Numbered from the stretch's first letter, positions 31,517 to 46,302 are shown. The stretch is DNA of 64,000 nt from Eledone cirrhosa (GCA_964016885.1 OZ024743.1:319548001-319612000); one strand, 5' to 3'. Numbers and translations: made by a program. Notes: generated from the sequence alone by a model not told the origin.

Positions 31517-32043
31517 GCAACCCCACCAAGGTTTCTTGGTGAGAAGGGTGACATTGGACATCCTGCAGGACTAAAAACAAAACCTGTCAAATGGCAAAGG
31601 AGCCCTTAAGAGTCAATGGCTATCCAAAATCACCGGGAGAGATGACCCCTTAGCCTTTGTCAAGGCAGAATTCTAGGAGAAGGAAAACTCTGATATAACA
31701 CCTGCAACCCTGATGGTATCCAATGATGTTGACGTGTTCTTCTTTTGGTAAATATCATCTTGGTTAAGAGAGTGGGACTGGCTTTGTGCAGTGCCTTTGC
31801 TCACTATAAAAGCTTCACGGCACAGGCATTGCTTTATATCAGGAGATCTCTCTGCACTTGTCGTCACATGGTACCATGGGCCCAGCACTATGTGTCAATA
31901 ATTGTCACAAGTGTAGTGTTTGTACCAGAGTTTTCAAGTCGCTGGCTGGACTAAAAGGTCACACTCGTTCAGCTCATCGGTAGGGTTTCTCCTACATGGA
32001 TATAAAGTAGTGGCCGTACTCGAAAACGAGTTGGCAGCCACCA
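31517..32043 (+). mobile_element. Non-autonomous RTE derivative family B, in tandem with the previous copy
   Basis: High identity to 30805-31330. Confidence 0.82.
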
Positions 32044-32063
32044 TATATATATATATATATTTT

Positions 32064-32101
<38 letters not shown>

Positions 32102-32574
32102 GTAAATATAAATATATATATACATATATACGTACACGACACCGACAATATATACTGAATTGATGAAAGAACAGATGGTAAAGTGTCCAGACAGAGGTGA
32201 TAGTATTGAATCAATGAGAAAAACAGATGGCAGTAAACTACTTGACAGAACAGCAAAATAACAATATATATATATATACATTACTCCCGCTTTCTCTATA
32301 TATTCATATATATATAAGTAAAAAAAAAAAAAAAAACAATAACAAAGAGTGCAGTACGAACAGTGTTGGTATTAGGTTCACGCTTGAGAGTGGGATTTAT
32401 ATATATATAGTAATAATAATTGTTTCTACTTTTGGCACAAGGCCAGCTATTACCCCAATGCACCCCGTAAGGATGAAAGGCAAAGTTAACCTCGGCGGGA
32501 TTTGAATTCAGAATGGCAAGGGCCGTAACTCAATGCGTCAAAGCATGGCGTCCGACCCTCTACCGATACTTCCA

Positions 32575-34826
32575 CAAGGGCCGACATGTAGGGGACAATA
32601 CAAAGACAGGGACAGTGGTGGTTTACAATAAGGTCGAGTAAAAGTGCACAATGGCAAGACTAATTTAACAATGAAGATATAAAAATATAAAATAAACTAT
32701 GCATAAATATAACAAAATAAATTCATAGGGGGTGAACGACCCAGAGGTAACTCAGGTACCCCACCAATCCTGAACCACCCTGCGCTTCTAGGGCACCCAG
32801 GGAGAGCACCCCTCTCCTCAAGTTAGCTAGCCTATAGGCGCATGGTCAGGGTAGGCCCATTCACCCGGGCCTTTCTCGCCACATTCATCCACCTTTTAGC
32901 AAATGTACTGTGGGGGGGGGGGGGAGCACTTCTCTCTCCACCCTCAACTTCCTTTCCAGGTGAAACTTGAAGAAGTTGATAAGGGATTGGCCGAAGAGAA
33001 AAGTGTCTGTCTTCAGTCCTTTTAATCTGGTCCACCATATAACCTATTTCGCAACTGCCACCAGACAGAGGAAAATTGCCTGCTCTTCCTGACCTAAGGA
33101 AGACGGCGGGTCGATCTTCACTATAGACTCTGCCGATAGCCGGATCCGTTCCACACGCGACAGTAGCTGCTCGATATAACTCCACAAGTCAGTAATGCAT
33201 GGACATTGGACAAGTGCGTGCAGAATGCTTTCGTCGCTCTGTGCGCATCTTGGGCAGGTCCGTCTGACAACACTTCCGTGCCTTAGAGTTTATCCCGAAC
33301 CGGCAGTGAGCCCCGGTAGCACTGCCAAGCGAGGGATTTCTGGAAATTGTCCATCGTCCCCGGCTCGAAAGTCCTCCGGTACAGACTGGTCAGTTCGACT
33401 TCGACGAGGCCCAAAGCTTCTCCGAGTGCGTCATCGCACTTACCCACAACTAATCCTCTATAGAAATCGAGATTGAAAGTTCCACTGATCGCATTGCCCG
33501 CTTGGTAGAGAGCAGTGAGTGCCTGGCAACATTCCAGGTGCCAGTCACCCAGTCTTGGTCTCTTCTTGACCCAGGACTGCAGCTCAGTCAAAGAGACGAG
33601 CTGCGGAAAGACCCGTCTGATAAACGGCGACCACATCTGTTCACCGTTTAGGCAGAATATTTGGAGATGTCGCAACCTCAGCGCATGTCTGCGCATCATT
33701 AGCCACGACATGCCCAGCCCTCCGCGTAGAGGGTGCTGGCAGCAGATGGACCGCCTCACCAACGGAACCTGTCCTTTCCACAAACATTTGAAGAGGAGCC
33801 GTTCCAACTTGACGAGGCGCGGACGGAGGCAAGGCACGATGGTCAGGGGGTAGTAGATGACGGACGCGATGTACGCATTCGCCACTTCCGCGCGACATTT
33901 CAGTGATAGCTTCCTCCCAGCCCATTTTTGGGTGAGACTGGCTACTCTGCTCATTACCTCGTCCCAATTCTTTTCCACCTGGAGGTCTGGTCCGAACCAA
34001 ACCCCGAGCAACTTTGCCGGTCCGTCCGTCCAGCGCCCCACGACGCTATTGGACGGCATAGGCTTGCCTCTCCAGGTTCCGAGCTGCAAGCCCACCGACT
34101 TTTGCGGGTTAAGTTTGGCTCCAGTCAACCTTTCATATTCCTTCAATTAGGTCCCGACCACCTCAATTTCTGAGGTGTCCAACACCATCACGGTGATGTC
34201 GTCCGCATAAGCCGACACCGCCTTTCCACGTCCCGGTTCGAGTGGGATGCCCTGCAACAGCTCCAGCTTCCGTAGTAAAGGCTCGAGAGTCAATACGTAC
34301 AGAAGGGAAGAGAGAGGGTACCCTTGACGGACCGATCGGGAGGGCTGAAATGGTTCCGAGAGGTGGCCATTAACCTTGACTACCGAGCGTGTGCCGCTGT
34401 GCATTGCAGCGATCCCGCTTCTGATGACAAGGCCGAAGCCAGCTGCTTTGAGGACAAACTATAGATACCGATGGTTGACCCTATCGAATGCTTTCGATTG
34501 ATCTAAATTGATCAGTGCCCCACCGAAGCCAGGTTTACACCCTACCCTCCATGTATCGCATGAGGTGGTGATTGTCGTGTATGGACCTGGCTGGGATTGC
34601 ACAACTTTGAGCCTCCCAAACCAAATCATCGACAAGCGCCAATCTCTTTGCTAACACGTTGGCCAAAATCTTAAACTCTGTGTTGAGCAGAGTTATGGGC
34701 CTGAAGTTGTCTAATGTATCCCTCTTGTTCTCCTCTTTCCTTATCAGCGTCACCACTCCCCTGCTCACGGAACTGGGAATACTCCCATTCTGCTGTCAGT
34801 TGCAGTAGAGTGCTTCGAGGAGATCG
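32575..34826 (-). mobile_element. 5'-truncated, disrupted L1/Tx1-like LINE
   Basis: NFRPITLLNTEFKILA, SVRQGYPLSSLLYVL, SAYADD, LLGVWF, GGLG, and a C-terminal CPRC...H...C zinc knuckle spread over frameshifted ORFs. Confidence 0.9.
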
Positions 34827-34871
34827 GAGAACAATAATAAATGTGAAGAGTAATATATATATATATATATA

Positions 34872-35226
34872 TATGCAAAAGTTCTATTTAAAGTTGTTGG
34901 GATACAACAAGTAAATATTTTTATAACTGATATAAAGCACTCGACAAATTTTTGGAGTAGATATACGATATTAATAAATGGAAACTATATTTATAAAACC
35001 ATATTTATTTCATTATACATATTTCAGGGATACCACATTAAATGATGGTATGCCTTCATCAGACAAAATACAATATATAACAGTTTTACAAATAGGTTTG
35101 TAAAACTGTTATATATTGTATTTTGTCTGATGAAGGCATACGATAATTTAATGTGGTATCCCTGAAATATGTATAATGAAATAAATATGGTTTTATAAAT
35201 ATAGTTTCCATTTATTAATATCGTGT
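34872..35226. mobile_element. Palindromic PLE-type insertion
   Basis: Arms about 34963-35093 and 35097-35226, left tail 34872-34962, clear hammerheads; another short-end copy at 35617-35730. Confidence 0.8.
35119..35183 (+). ncRNA. Hammerhead ribozyme (mirror copy about 35006-35070 minus)
   Basis: tattttgt CTGATGA aggcatac...gtatccct GAAA tatgta TA atgaaata. Confidence 0.8.
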
Positions 35227-35251
35227 ATATATATATATATATATATATATA

Positions 35252-35449
35252 TTTAATATATAAAAGCTTCTACAGGACTAGAACTGTTTCATTCATGAGA
35301 AATCATCAGGGCTTCCTGATAATTTCTCACGAATGAAACAGTTCTAGTCCTGTATAAGCTTTTCTATATTAAAACATGTATACTCTGCTATGTATTGAGT
35401 ACCTTACTTACTGTGGTTACCCCCGATTCAACCCGGAATAACTTATCTT
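35252..35449. mobile_element. Short palindromic PLE-type insertion
   Basis: Arms about 35252-35310 and 35315-35373 with CTGATGA/CTGATAA...GAAA cores; right tail to 35449. Confidence 0.72.
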
Positions 35450-35583
35450 ATATATATATATATATACATATGAAAATGTATGACCCCGACGGCAGAGCTC
35501 AAACCGTTTCGACGGCTATTACCCTAAGTATTGAGTACTCTGGTGCGTTATGGTCCATCTGCTTCCTTACAACAAGTCCTTCG

Positions 35584-35622
<39 letters not shown>

Positions 35623-36061
35623 TAATAAATGGAAACTATATTTATAAAACCATAATTATTTTATTATATATATTTCAAGGGCAACCAAGGCAATTTTCGT
35701 GCGCTTTCATCAGATAAAATACAAAATATGTTTTATAAATGTTGACATACCCTTAGAAAAACTATCTTGACGGTTGAAGGTTCGCTGGAACAAATAAAAT
35801 AAACATTTTTATTTGTTTTCCCCACTCTTATCGTTGTCAACGCGCATCCTCTGTCTGTTTTTTCATTCTTTATTTTTTATTTTTGACTTTGAATATTTTT
35901 GTTCTTATTCATTTATTTATTTATTCTTATTACTTCATGTGTATGTATGTGTATGTATTTTGTCCATGCCCGTTGATACATATACGCTTATGTGACAGCT
36001 TATGTCTACGTCCTTTTTAAGTATATGCGCGTGGTTGAGTGTGTATGTTTGTTTATATATT

Positions 36062-36094
<33 letters not shown>

Positions 36095-36113
36095 CTATTT
36101 ATAGTTATGTATA

Positions 36114-37617
36114 TATTATAAACAACTATAAACAGGAAAGGTCAGTAATTTCCTACTATCTTATTACCAGTAAGAGAAATAGCTCAATGTAAGAACATCA
36201 GGTGTTTTACAGAGCAGGAAAATAAAGTAGACAATTATCAAAGTTGTGTTCAAATCATTTAATAGCTGACAATCGTTTCTTCCAAACTTTCGGTTGGAAT
36301 CATCGGAGCATTATCAATGTTTGTACATATAATTAACCTCCTATTCAACTGAACAAATATATAGATACATATATATTGATGTTGTGAGCAACAGTTTCGT
36401 ATTTACAGGGTGTACTGGATGCGACATATATTATACGGGAATTGTACAATAATTCAAATTAAAATTAAAAGCACAGAGTGGAATACATGCAACAGATAAT
36501 ACAAGAGAATAGTCTAATAATTAAAAAGGCATTGAGAAAGAAAGAGTACATTAGAAGTACATATGCAAGCGTGTAGAAAGTGCACATGCGTTCGTCATAT
36601 ATATGAGAAGGAAATAAGCAAAGGTATTATGCATATATAGATAAATAAATAAATACTGTATGGTAAGCAAATATGTTAATGTATTAAAATTTAATGCGGA
36701 TGTAATATGTTGATAGTGTTTGAATTTGTGTGTGTTGAGAAAATCAAAGTTATTTCAGTCTTTTCCATTACATATGTTGAATTATATTTTAGTTAATGTT
36801 TATATTGAATGTTTTAAGTTAGTTACAGTAATGGAGTGTAAATTAGTCTTATTGTATTCTTATTCATGGATTAGAGTTGTTCAACAGGTAGTTTTCAACG
36901 GTTTAATTTCCGGAAGTGCGTATGAGATCTAAGATTAAGGGGAGCTAATGCGTAAGGGGAGGTAACTAGTTAATTAAATTCAATTATTTAAATTCTTTGC
37001 TCTAATATATTGTTATATAAGTGAATCTCTATTACATAATGTTATATATTTATACTTGATTTTAAATACAGTGTATTTTCCTATAATATATTAAAGGTCT
37101 CATTAGATTGTTATCTATTCATTACTGGACAAGATATATGTTATGGAAAATTGTATAGTTGTTTATATGTCCAAGTAGTTATGTCATTTTTGTAATAATA
37201 TACATTATTGTGTGAAAAGTTAATCCCTTATATACAATGCTATTAATTTATATACTTAATTATAAATGTATATATACTTTATTATTACATATTACATTAA
37301 ATATCTCTACATATTATATATCCATTACTGTATATAATATAATTAAGCTATAGTAGTTATATCAAAAGGTGGTAACTTTATGCTTAATTCTAACAGTTAT
37401 TGTAGAGTATAATGTTAGAGATAAATAGGAGTTATGTAGAGGAAAGAGCTGATCAAAGAGTGTGTTCATGTGGGTGCTGATAAGTCCTAGATGTGAAGTG
37501 TTAATGGTGGTGAGGAATTAAAATCTGACATCGTTATATACTAGCAGCTAGGTTTAAAGTTATGGAACGATTGTCAACTATTAAATGATTTGAACACAAC
37601 TTTGATAATTGTCTAAT
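36114..37617 (-). mobile_element. PLE-type non-coding 3' region with short inverted terminal arm
   Basis: 37566-37615 is an inverted copy of 36228-36277; hammerhead 36264-36310; tail 36114-36227. Confidence 0.7.
36264..36310 (-). ncRNA. Hammerhead ribozyme, U4C variant
   Basis: gct CCGATGA ttccaa-ccgaaagt-ttggaa GAAA cgattg TC agc. Confidence 0.65.
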
Positions 37618-37618
37618 T

Positions 37619-37760
<142 letters not shown>

Positions 37761-37856
37761 TCCTTTTCTTCTTCACCCGTTGTTTCCTTAGCCTCATTTT
37801 CATATTTCTTATATTTTTGATTTCAAATCCATATTTAATAAAAACACCATGTTTTA

Positions 37857-37914
37857 TTCATTCTGACGACTGAAAGCAGATTTATCTGCTTTCAAGAAAC
37901 CACTGGTAAATGAA
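37857..37914 (+). ncRNA. Hammerhead ribozyme
   Basis: ttcatt CTGACGA c tgaaagcaga-ttta-tctgctttca a GAAA ccactgg TA aatgaa. Confidence 0.88.
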
Positions 37915-38106
37915 ATAATTATCTTATGTTGTTTATTACATAACTAATAAGCTCTGTAACCTATATAGAGCACTCTGTTTTCCTCTACATTTCCGACGGA
38001 ATTACTTCATTTATATATATATATATATATATATAAAGAAAAAAAAATGAAATCGAAAATGCAACTGGAGTCTTATTTAAAAATATATATATATATTTAA
38101 TTGGTT

Positions 38107-38144
38107 CCTTTACCGGTTTCGCAGTTCTTCTGCTTTTCAAAAGT
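38107..38144 (-). ncRNA. Hammerhead ribozyme with U3-A8 core
   Basis: ctt TTGAAAA gcag-aagaa-ctgc GAAA ccgg TA aag. Confidence 0.7.
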
Positions 38145-38177
38145 AGAGTTGAGATGGAGAGTCTGTGGTTTTTCTCA

Positions 38178-38230
<53 letters not shown>

Positions 38231-38477
38231 GTATAATTAGAAGTGCAGCAAGCAGACGAAGTGTACGATAACGTCGTAGGTTTATATATGTATATACAGG
38301 GTAGGAAACAGAGACTACATTAATGTGTATATAAATATGCACATTTTGAATATATAGACATGTAAACATGTGCCAGAAATGCGAATTTCCCCGCAAATTA
38401 AGATAAAAATTAAGAAGTACGCCAAGCAGCCGAAATCTTAAATAAAGTTATATCTGTACACACACACACACACACAG

Positions 38478-38547
<70 letters not shown>

Positions 38548-38604
38548 TTGCGAGTATAATATATTAAAGTTGAAAATTGCAAACTCGACTGTCACCACAT
38601 ATCA

Positions 38605-38643
38605 TGAACCTGAAGATTGCGAAAGCATGAAAGTACTTGTTCA
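38605..38643 (+). ncRNA. Minimal hammerhead ribozyme
   Basis: tgaac CTGAAGA t tgc-gaaa-gca t GAAA gtac TT gttca. Confidence 0.85.
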
Positions 38644-38841
38644 ATTAACACTTAGAACTTAATATTCTATCATACTATTTCATTATAATACCATTATATA
38701 TATTTTAAAGGATTGTAAATAAAACGAGTAAATCAGACAAAGTTGGAATTCCTCTTATTAATATAATCTTCTATACACAATCATACACACCCGTGTATAT
38801 TTACCTATCTATATCTATATATATATAAATTTATATCTATA

Positions 38842-38935
<94 letters not shown>

Positions 38936-39011
38936 TATATATAGATATATAAAATTATAAGTTTGAAGAACATTCAGACAAAGTATATCCAATTCTTTTC
39001 CTCGTTAGTCC

Positions 39012-39048
<37 letters not shown>

Positions 39049-39184
39049 CTTAAAAATGGAATAAGAATAAGAAGAAAGCAAGAACGTAGGGTGGGGGTGG
39101 GGGGTCCTCGTCAGTTGTCTACTGGGGGTCTCGGATATGTCAACGCTTTATACATACAGAGTGTATGAATGTAAGTATGTATGT

Positions 39185-39990
39185 ATGTTCTTGTTTTATA
39201 ATTTCACAAATGTTTGCCAATAGAGAGAGCGTCGGTTTCTAACACAGGTACAATACTCTCTCTTTGGAATTTACACAACATCAACTAGGTAGATATGTAT
39301 GCATGTATGCATGTATGCATGCATGCATGTGCAGGTTTGGATGTGTATGTTTTGAGTTATATGTGTGCATGTGCATATGCTTTGTATCTGTACAAGTGTA
39401 TATGCAGTTATCAGATGCAGAATGTCTGCCATAAAGGGATTGTTCTTGTAATTTCCTAACTAGTCGTGTTCTTTCTGTTCCTGTGAAGCCCAGCTTCTCA
39501 AGATTTGTATTGAGGCAGTTACTAACATACCCCAGTGCCCCAATAATCACAGGCATAAATCTGAAGGTATAATCAGGGTGGAATATCTGCAGATTTTTCA
39601 TCAGTTCTGCATAAATATTCTCCTTTTCGCTAATCCTTAATATTATATTGTCATCCACTGGGCAGCTAAATTCCACTACTGTGCATGCCTTCTTTTCCCT
39701 GTCCCATATCAGAATATCTGGTCTGTTATGCCTGCATTTTATTGGGCTTTTTACTGGAACATTCCACCAGTACTCTTTCATATTATGTATATGTCTTCCA
39801 CATTGCTGTAGTTTTAATGTGTTTATTGTCGGGGTTAGCGTTTCTACGGATTGCATCGTACAGTGTTTTGTCCACTACATCATACTTCATAGGTAGATAG
39901 TACCGCGATGACATCTTTGGACAGCTGCTTCGATGTTAACTCTGCAGAGTGTGCATTTGTTGTCATATCTAGATGTTTTGCCTGTATCCT
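39185..39990 (-). mobile_element. 3' fragment of R4-like family A
   Basis: EYWWNVPVKSPIKCRHNRPDILIWDREKKACTVVEFSCP; same 3' UTR; flanked by (TATG)n. Confidence 0.9.
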
Positions 39991-40136
39991 TATGTATGTA
40001 TGTATGTATGTATGTATGTATGTATGTATGTATGTATGTATGTATGTATGTACTTGTGTATATATATATATGTAATACACATGCACATATGTACGTATAT
40101 CTGTATATATGTACATGTGTGCATGTGTGTGTATAT

Positions 40137-40484
40137 GCGCGAGGATATTGAAATAGTCGGGCTGGACACCCGATCGCGCGGTTAAACCACTGGGAGTGAA
40201 AGGCCCCTAGCCTTTGTCAGGGCATTCTTCTAGGAGAAGGCAACTCAGGAAACTGGGATACCTCCGATATAAAACCTGCGGCTCAACAGATGATGTTGAT
40301 CTTTTCTTCTTTTCGGGTTATAGCTACTGTTGCTCAGAGAGTGGAATTGGCTCAGTGCACAGTCTTTCCTCACTTTAGAAAATATCTTCACGCACTGGCA
40401 TTGCAAGATAGAATTAATTAATAATTATTAATAATGGTATATCGTGCAATTTTCCATACTCGATAACGAGGAGACAGCCATCAT
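40137..40484 (+). mobile_element. Non-autonomous RTE derivative (family C); second copy at 27660-27960 minus
   Basis: ctagcctttgtcagggcattcttctaggagaaggcaactc; 3' ctcgataacgaggagacagccatca matches the end of the RTE at 23666. Confidence 0.75.
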
Positions 40485-40549
40485 GTATGTATGTATGTAT
40501 GTATGTATGTATGTATGTATGTATGTATGTATGTATGTATGTATGTATG

Positions 40550-40583
<34 letters not shown>

Positions 40584-40609
40584 TGTATGTATGTGTTTAT
40601 ATGTATGTA

Positions 40610-40694
<85 letters not shown>

Positions 40695-41059
40695 ATAAAT
40701 ATATAGATCGGTATACATATATATATATATTGATTGTATGTGTGTATATGTATGTATATATATATATATATTCTTATATATACACACACACATATATATA
40801 TATACATACATATATTTATTCATACATATATGGGGACAATAATTCAGCTGGTGTTTGACCTATTACATTTTCAACTTCGATATAATATTGATATATACCG
40901 TATTCTGTGTAGATCGCGCAGTTCATTCGCGCTTTTTCTTTTCGACGGGGGGTATACACCATAACTAAATGTTATACACCAAAACTAGGCTTTCCAGATA
41001 TTTTTCTGATCAAAAAGGGGTTTTCGTTAAACACGAATGCGCGCAATACAGGTAAGATT

Positions 41060-41216
41060 AAGGTACATGACATTATAAGTTATCTCCTTCAAAATACGAG
41101 TCTTGGGAAATCAAATAGTTCCAACGTTTTTTTTCATTGATTGTAGCGGTACCGGAGGTCATTTTATTTGATTGTCCTTTGTTCGTCGGTTACAATTTTA
41201 TAATCCCAAAATGATG

Positions 41217-41247
<31 letters not shown>

Positions 41248-42202
41248 TACTTCGATTTCAACCAAGTGAAGAGGTAGAAATCACACGGAGATAGATTAAA
41301 TCTTTAGGGAGGATGTGGAAGAGTGAGAATGTTTTTGCCAAAATTCCTATAATTGAATGTGCTTTGTGAGTAGGTGTATTATCGTAGTGCAGTGCTGAAT
41401 CTCCTGCAATGTCCTTTCGGACTCGCTGGACCCGATTTCGAGGACGTTCCAAGATATATTTGTAGAAGGTGATATTAGCTGTCTTTCCTAGAGATAAAAA
41501 CTGTTAGTGAACAATACCAGGGCTGCCGAAAAAATAATAATCTGAGTTTTGACCCTGGATCTGATAAAGCGTGTTTTCTCCGGATGAGAAATGTTCATGT
41601 GTCACTCCTCACTTTACCATTTTGTCTCTAGATCGTACTGATTAATCTCATGATTAATCTCCTGTTATTACTTTATCCAAGAAATTGGGTTCAATTTCAA
41701 GTTTTTCTAGCAAATCCAGACAAATTTCCACCCGGTCTGCCTTTTGCTCCACAGACAAGTATTTGGGCACTAATTTTGCACTAATTTTTTGCATGTATAA
41801 ATGGACTATCAAAACTGTGTAAAATGTATTTTTATCCAAGTCCGTTTTTTTCTACAATCTTTTTGGCCTTCTTTGAAAGCTTTGTGCAATACATACTTCT
41901 CGATAGAGTGGATCTCCATAAGCTTGTGTTGAAGTATTAAATGTTCGGTAGTAGGCTTTTGTTAAGATTCACACACAATTTGATTGCGTACCGTTATTCG
42001 ATATTTTGTTGCATTGTAAACTTAACATATGTTATAAATACGTCTGTACATAAAGAGCAATAACGCACGACTGATTCAATCGATCATTTTGAAACTAGTA
42101 TGCAAGTGGAACCAAGGTCATAGCCAACACTACTATATAGATCAACGAGGTGCTATTTTACTATGTCGCATATAGTACCCTCACTTTTAGGACAAACCTC
42201 AT
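41060..42202 (-). mobile_element. Decayed mariner transposon
   Basis: KISAKLVPKYLSVEQK, VITGD, LHYDNTPTH, an SPCDF-like segment and terminal YFEGD; TIR-like tatgaggtttgtcctaaaagt at the 42202 end. Confidence 0.82.
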
Positions 42203-42813
42203 AAATCGACCCCTGCTATTTTATGTCTGAGAACTAGGCAGAAATTCAAACCTCGTTTATAAGCTGAGGTAGCTAATCAACGCATTGTTTCAAAGTTGTT
42301 GTTTTTAAATTCCCATGAGTGGTGAACATACATATGAGTTTTTAATACTTTTCATATTTTGATATTTAAAATATCTTAAGTGTTGATTAGAGTATACGTT
42401 TACATAATGTTTTTTTTACCATTTCATCTGTTTTATAAAATTTCTCAAATTTGTTATTACTTCAGGCTACTCACATGCTGGGAGTTGTTGAAAGGAGATC
42501 GAATGATAGAACACTGTATAGGGAGGGATTCATAAAGAAGAAGAGGGAGGGAGAGACAGCAAGATTTCAATCTTACTTATGATTCAAGGAAAAGGTATAA
42601 TTAAGTCACAGGAAAAAACAACACCCTAAAAATCGGCAAAATACGCCGACCGACATTTAACCATAGATTTTTTGTGACATATTTCTTGGCTTAGCTAAGT
42701 ATAAGGTAAATAAGTAGTCCACCAATGTATCTAAATACCTAGACCACCAATGTATTTAAATACCTAGTCTACCAATGCATTTATATACCAATATATTGAA
42801 ATTGTTATCATAC

Positions 42814-42845
42814 CTTGCAATCTCCTGGAGAATACTTCCACTATT
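42814..42845 (-). CDS. GCH1: GTP cyclohydrolase I internal exon (equivalent to exon 4)
   Basis: (R)IVEVFSRRLQ(V); catttcag acceptor, gtatga donor; 32 bp; continues the frame of the previous exon. Confidence 0.93.
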
Positions 42846-44229
42846 CTGAAATGAGAGAAATAATAGCAATAAGAAATTAAACAAAACTGTATAATAAGAT
42901 AAAAACAAATAAACAAACCAACAAATATAAATTTTGTGAAGTTGTGCCATCTCGTGGTTACATAGAGTTTTGGGTTCCTAATCTTAGTGTCCTGAGTTCG
43001 ATACCTGAATTAAGCAGTCCATTGTGTCCTTCAGTAAGACACTTTGCTCTATTCCATTCAGCCGGTAAAAAATGAATTGTGACGAGACTAATACTCCACT
43101 GGATCGAATCGATCTTTGTCTTTCCACCGAACAACAATGGTGGTGTGAAGAGATGTTTCTAGGTACGGATCCATTATCAGACACTGCAAAGAATCCCATC
43201 CGATTCTTTAACATTTCTGCCAATCCACTTCCCTTGGATGGGTACGTTATCGAATCGTAAAGGATGAAAGGCAAAATCGATCCCGTTGAGACTTGAACTA
43301 GGAGAGCTGGAATAAATACCAAGGCATTTCATGCGAAATTCTAATGATTGCCAATTCTCCAGACACGCATTAGAAAGTGTTAATTGCTCTTTATTATCCG
43401 AGAAACGCATGAGGCGGTGCATTGGTAGTACCAGTAAAGTGTTGGACAACATGATTTGCGGCATGTTGTTACGACTTTTTACGTCCTGAGTTCAAATCCC
43501 CGATGTTAGCTTTGCCTTACATTCTTATGGAGTCGATAAAATAAAGTACCAGTAACGCACATGGCTTAATTTAATCGTCTTTCCCCTTCCACAAAATTGG
43601 TTGACTTGCGTTGAAATCAGAAACCATTATTAGAGAAAGTCAGTTAAGGATAACTTAAGCTAACGTCATTTTTATAATTCATTGTCTTTTATTGATTGTT
43701 ATGACAGGAGTGGTATGATTTGTTAAAAATGGAAGTTATATTGTCTAGAAACTGGTTATCTGATAAATGAATAAATTACGTTAAGACTTAAATACCACTG
43801 AATATTCTTAATCTTGCAGGCGTTAATATTTATATAAATTTGGCTCTCTTATGATTAATCAATATTTTGCAAGATGGAACACCTGCATAAATGGTGGTAA
43901 AAGCTCGCCGAATCGAATGTTATATGGACCGTAAGATTTTTTATTGTATTAAAAATGGAAGACATATAAACGTGACATAAAAGCATGACATATAAACACT
44001 TGTATCAAAATAAAAATCCAATATCATAATAATACTTGCATTCTTTTATTAGTTTTCAGTCACTAGGCAGCGGTCGTGCTGGAGCACAGACTTGAAGGGA
44101 TCTAGTCTATCATATCGATCCCAGTGCATATTTTTGTTTAAGTCCATAACTTATTTCATTGATCCATTTTTTCATCGAACCGTTAAGTAACAGGCCATTA
44201 ACACAAACACGGACAGACACACGCACGCA

Positions 44230-44261
<32 letters not shown>

Positions 44262-44279
44262 CGCACGCACGCACACACG

Positions 44280-44705
<426 letters not shown>

Positions 44706-45689
44706 ACCATAATGTATATATATTTTATTGGAATAAATATTTCTATGAAAACCTCGCTTTATCAGCTTATAGACACTAAATCACAATTTCTAATAGTTAT
44801 TTCATTATGTTTAATATCAGAGAATTTATAAGCCTGTGCTCTGTTCGGTTGTAATAATTGTTTCTACTTTTGGCACAAGGACAGCAATTATTCCAGTGTA
44901 TTACTGGTACTTTATTTTATCGACCCCGTAAGGATGAAAGGCAAAGTTAACCTCGGCGAGGTTTGAACTCAGACCATAAAGGGCCGTAACTCTTTGCTGT
45001 AAAGCATGGCGTCCGACCCTCTACCGATCCTGCCAATCCAACCACTTCGTTCTGTATTCAATGTATTTTACTTCCTGCATTAATTAATAAGTGAAATTGA
45101 TGCTTGTGGTGAGGAGCCTCAAACTGAAGGACTCAAAGGTCCCATTACGTTCTGTGGGAAAGGAACAGTAGTATAAAAGAGGCATGAGGTGGTGGCAGTG
45201 GGCGTGATTTTCACTAGTTATAACGCTAATCAGCATAACAGCTGGTAGGCTGATATTTTTCATTAAAACAAATACACATATGATAGTAAGTAGGATATGT
45301 GAATTAGTACAAAGTGTAGAGGGACAAATTTTCCGTTTCAAATTTTACTTAATTCCGGTTTTTACTTTTAGTAAATTTAATATTTTCCGTTTACACTGTT
45401 GATAAATTTCGATTTTTTTACCCCATTTTATTTCATTTCACGAGTAAATTACAAAAGTATGGATGGGGTAGGGAAAAATTACCAAGTTTTGGGAAGATGT
45501 TAGTTATAAAAATTATTCTGCTGCTTGAAAGTAGTTTGTAGTGTTCACCTGTTTAAGATCCCAGCTCTTTCTGAAGGACAAAAAAAAGTTCAAGGTAAAG
45601 TATTTGATGTTCTAGATTAGAGAGAGGTTTTGAAGTAAAAGAATATGTGGACACAGCAGATGTTTCAGAGATATTTAGGTGTGATGGGT

Positions 45690-46110
45690 TGTCGTCGTCG
45701 TCTTCGTCGTCGTCGTCTTCGTCGTCGTCGTCGTCGTCGTCATCGTCTTCTTCTTCTTCTTCTTCTTCTTCTTGGGAGGGTCAATGAGGTAGAATTATCA
45801 AGCACATTCCAGCGGGTCCTATCAGAAGCAACCGTCTCCAATTGATCCGGCTAGATCCCCAAGCGTGACCATCAGAACTCATGGACATTGTCCAACGAGC
45901 CTGATCAGGGTCTGCCCCTGGGTCTCCTGCTGGTTGGTTTTGCCCGTAAAATCTTCCCAGTGATTCTTTCCTCAGACATTCTAACCTCATGTCCATAGTA
46001 TTGGAGTTGTGACCTCTCAATTCAGAGAAGTAGCGTCTTTAGCTGAAGTGACTCTCATCTTTGAGTTACGCACTCCATCGCGTAACGTTACTCCGTATCG
46101 GTCACTTGTA
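45690..46110 (-). mobile_element. Decayed RTE 3' fragment with (GAA)n/(GAC)n tail
   Basis: RRPRGRP-like and WLD-like remnants followed by aagaag repeats. Confidence 0.6.
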
Positions 46111-46302
46111 TTTGCGGTCGTATATGTTGTTTAATGTCGAATATATTGTAAATGACTGGCAGAGAGTAGACTGAGTTCTAAAAATAGATTGATTGTAGTA
46201 ATTATAAAAGATTAAAGGAAATACACATCAAACATAAATCGATGCTCTATGATTTTAAGAATACTTATTTTCATTGAATAATTTACATGTGTTGATGGTA
46301 AA

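Noticed and set aside
42461-42520. ttcag-GCTACTCACATG (ATHM), resembling the GCH1 EATHMC motif
   Set aside because: Wrong strand, and the following residues do not match GCH1
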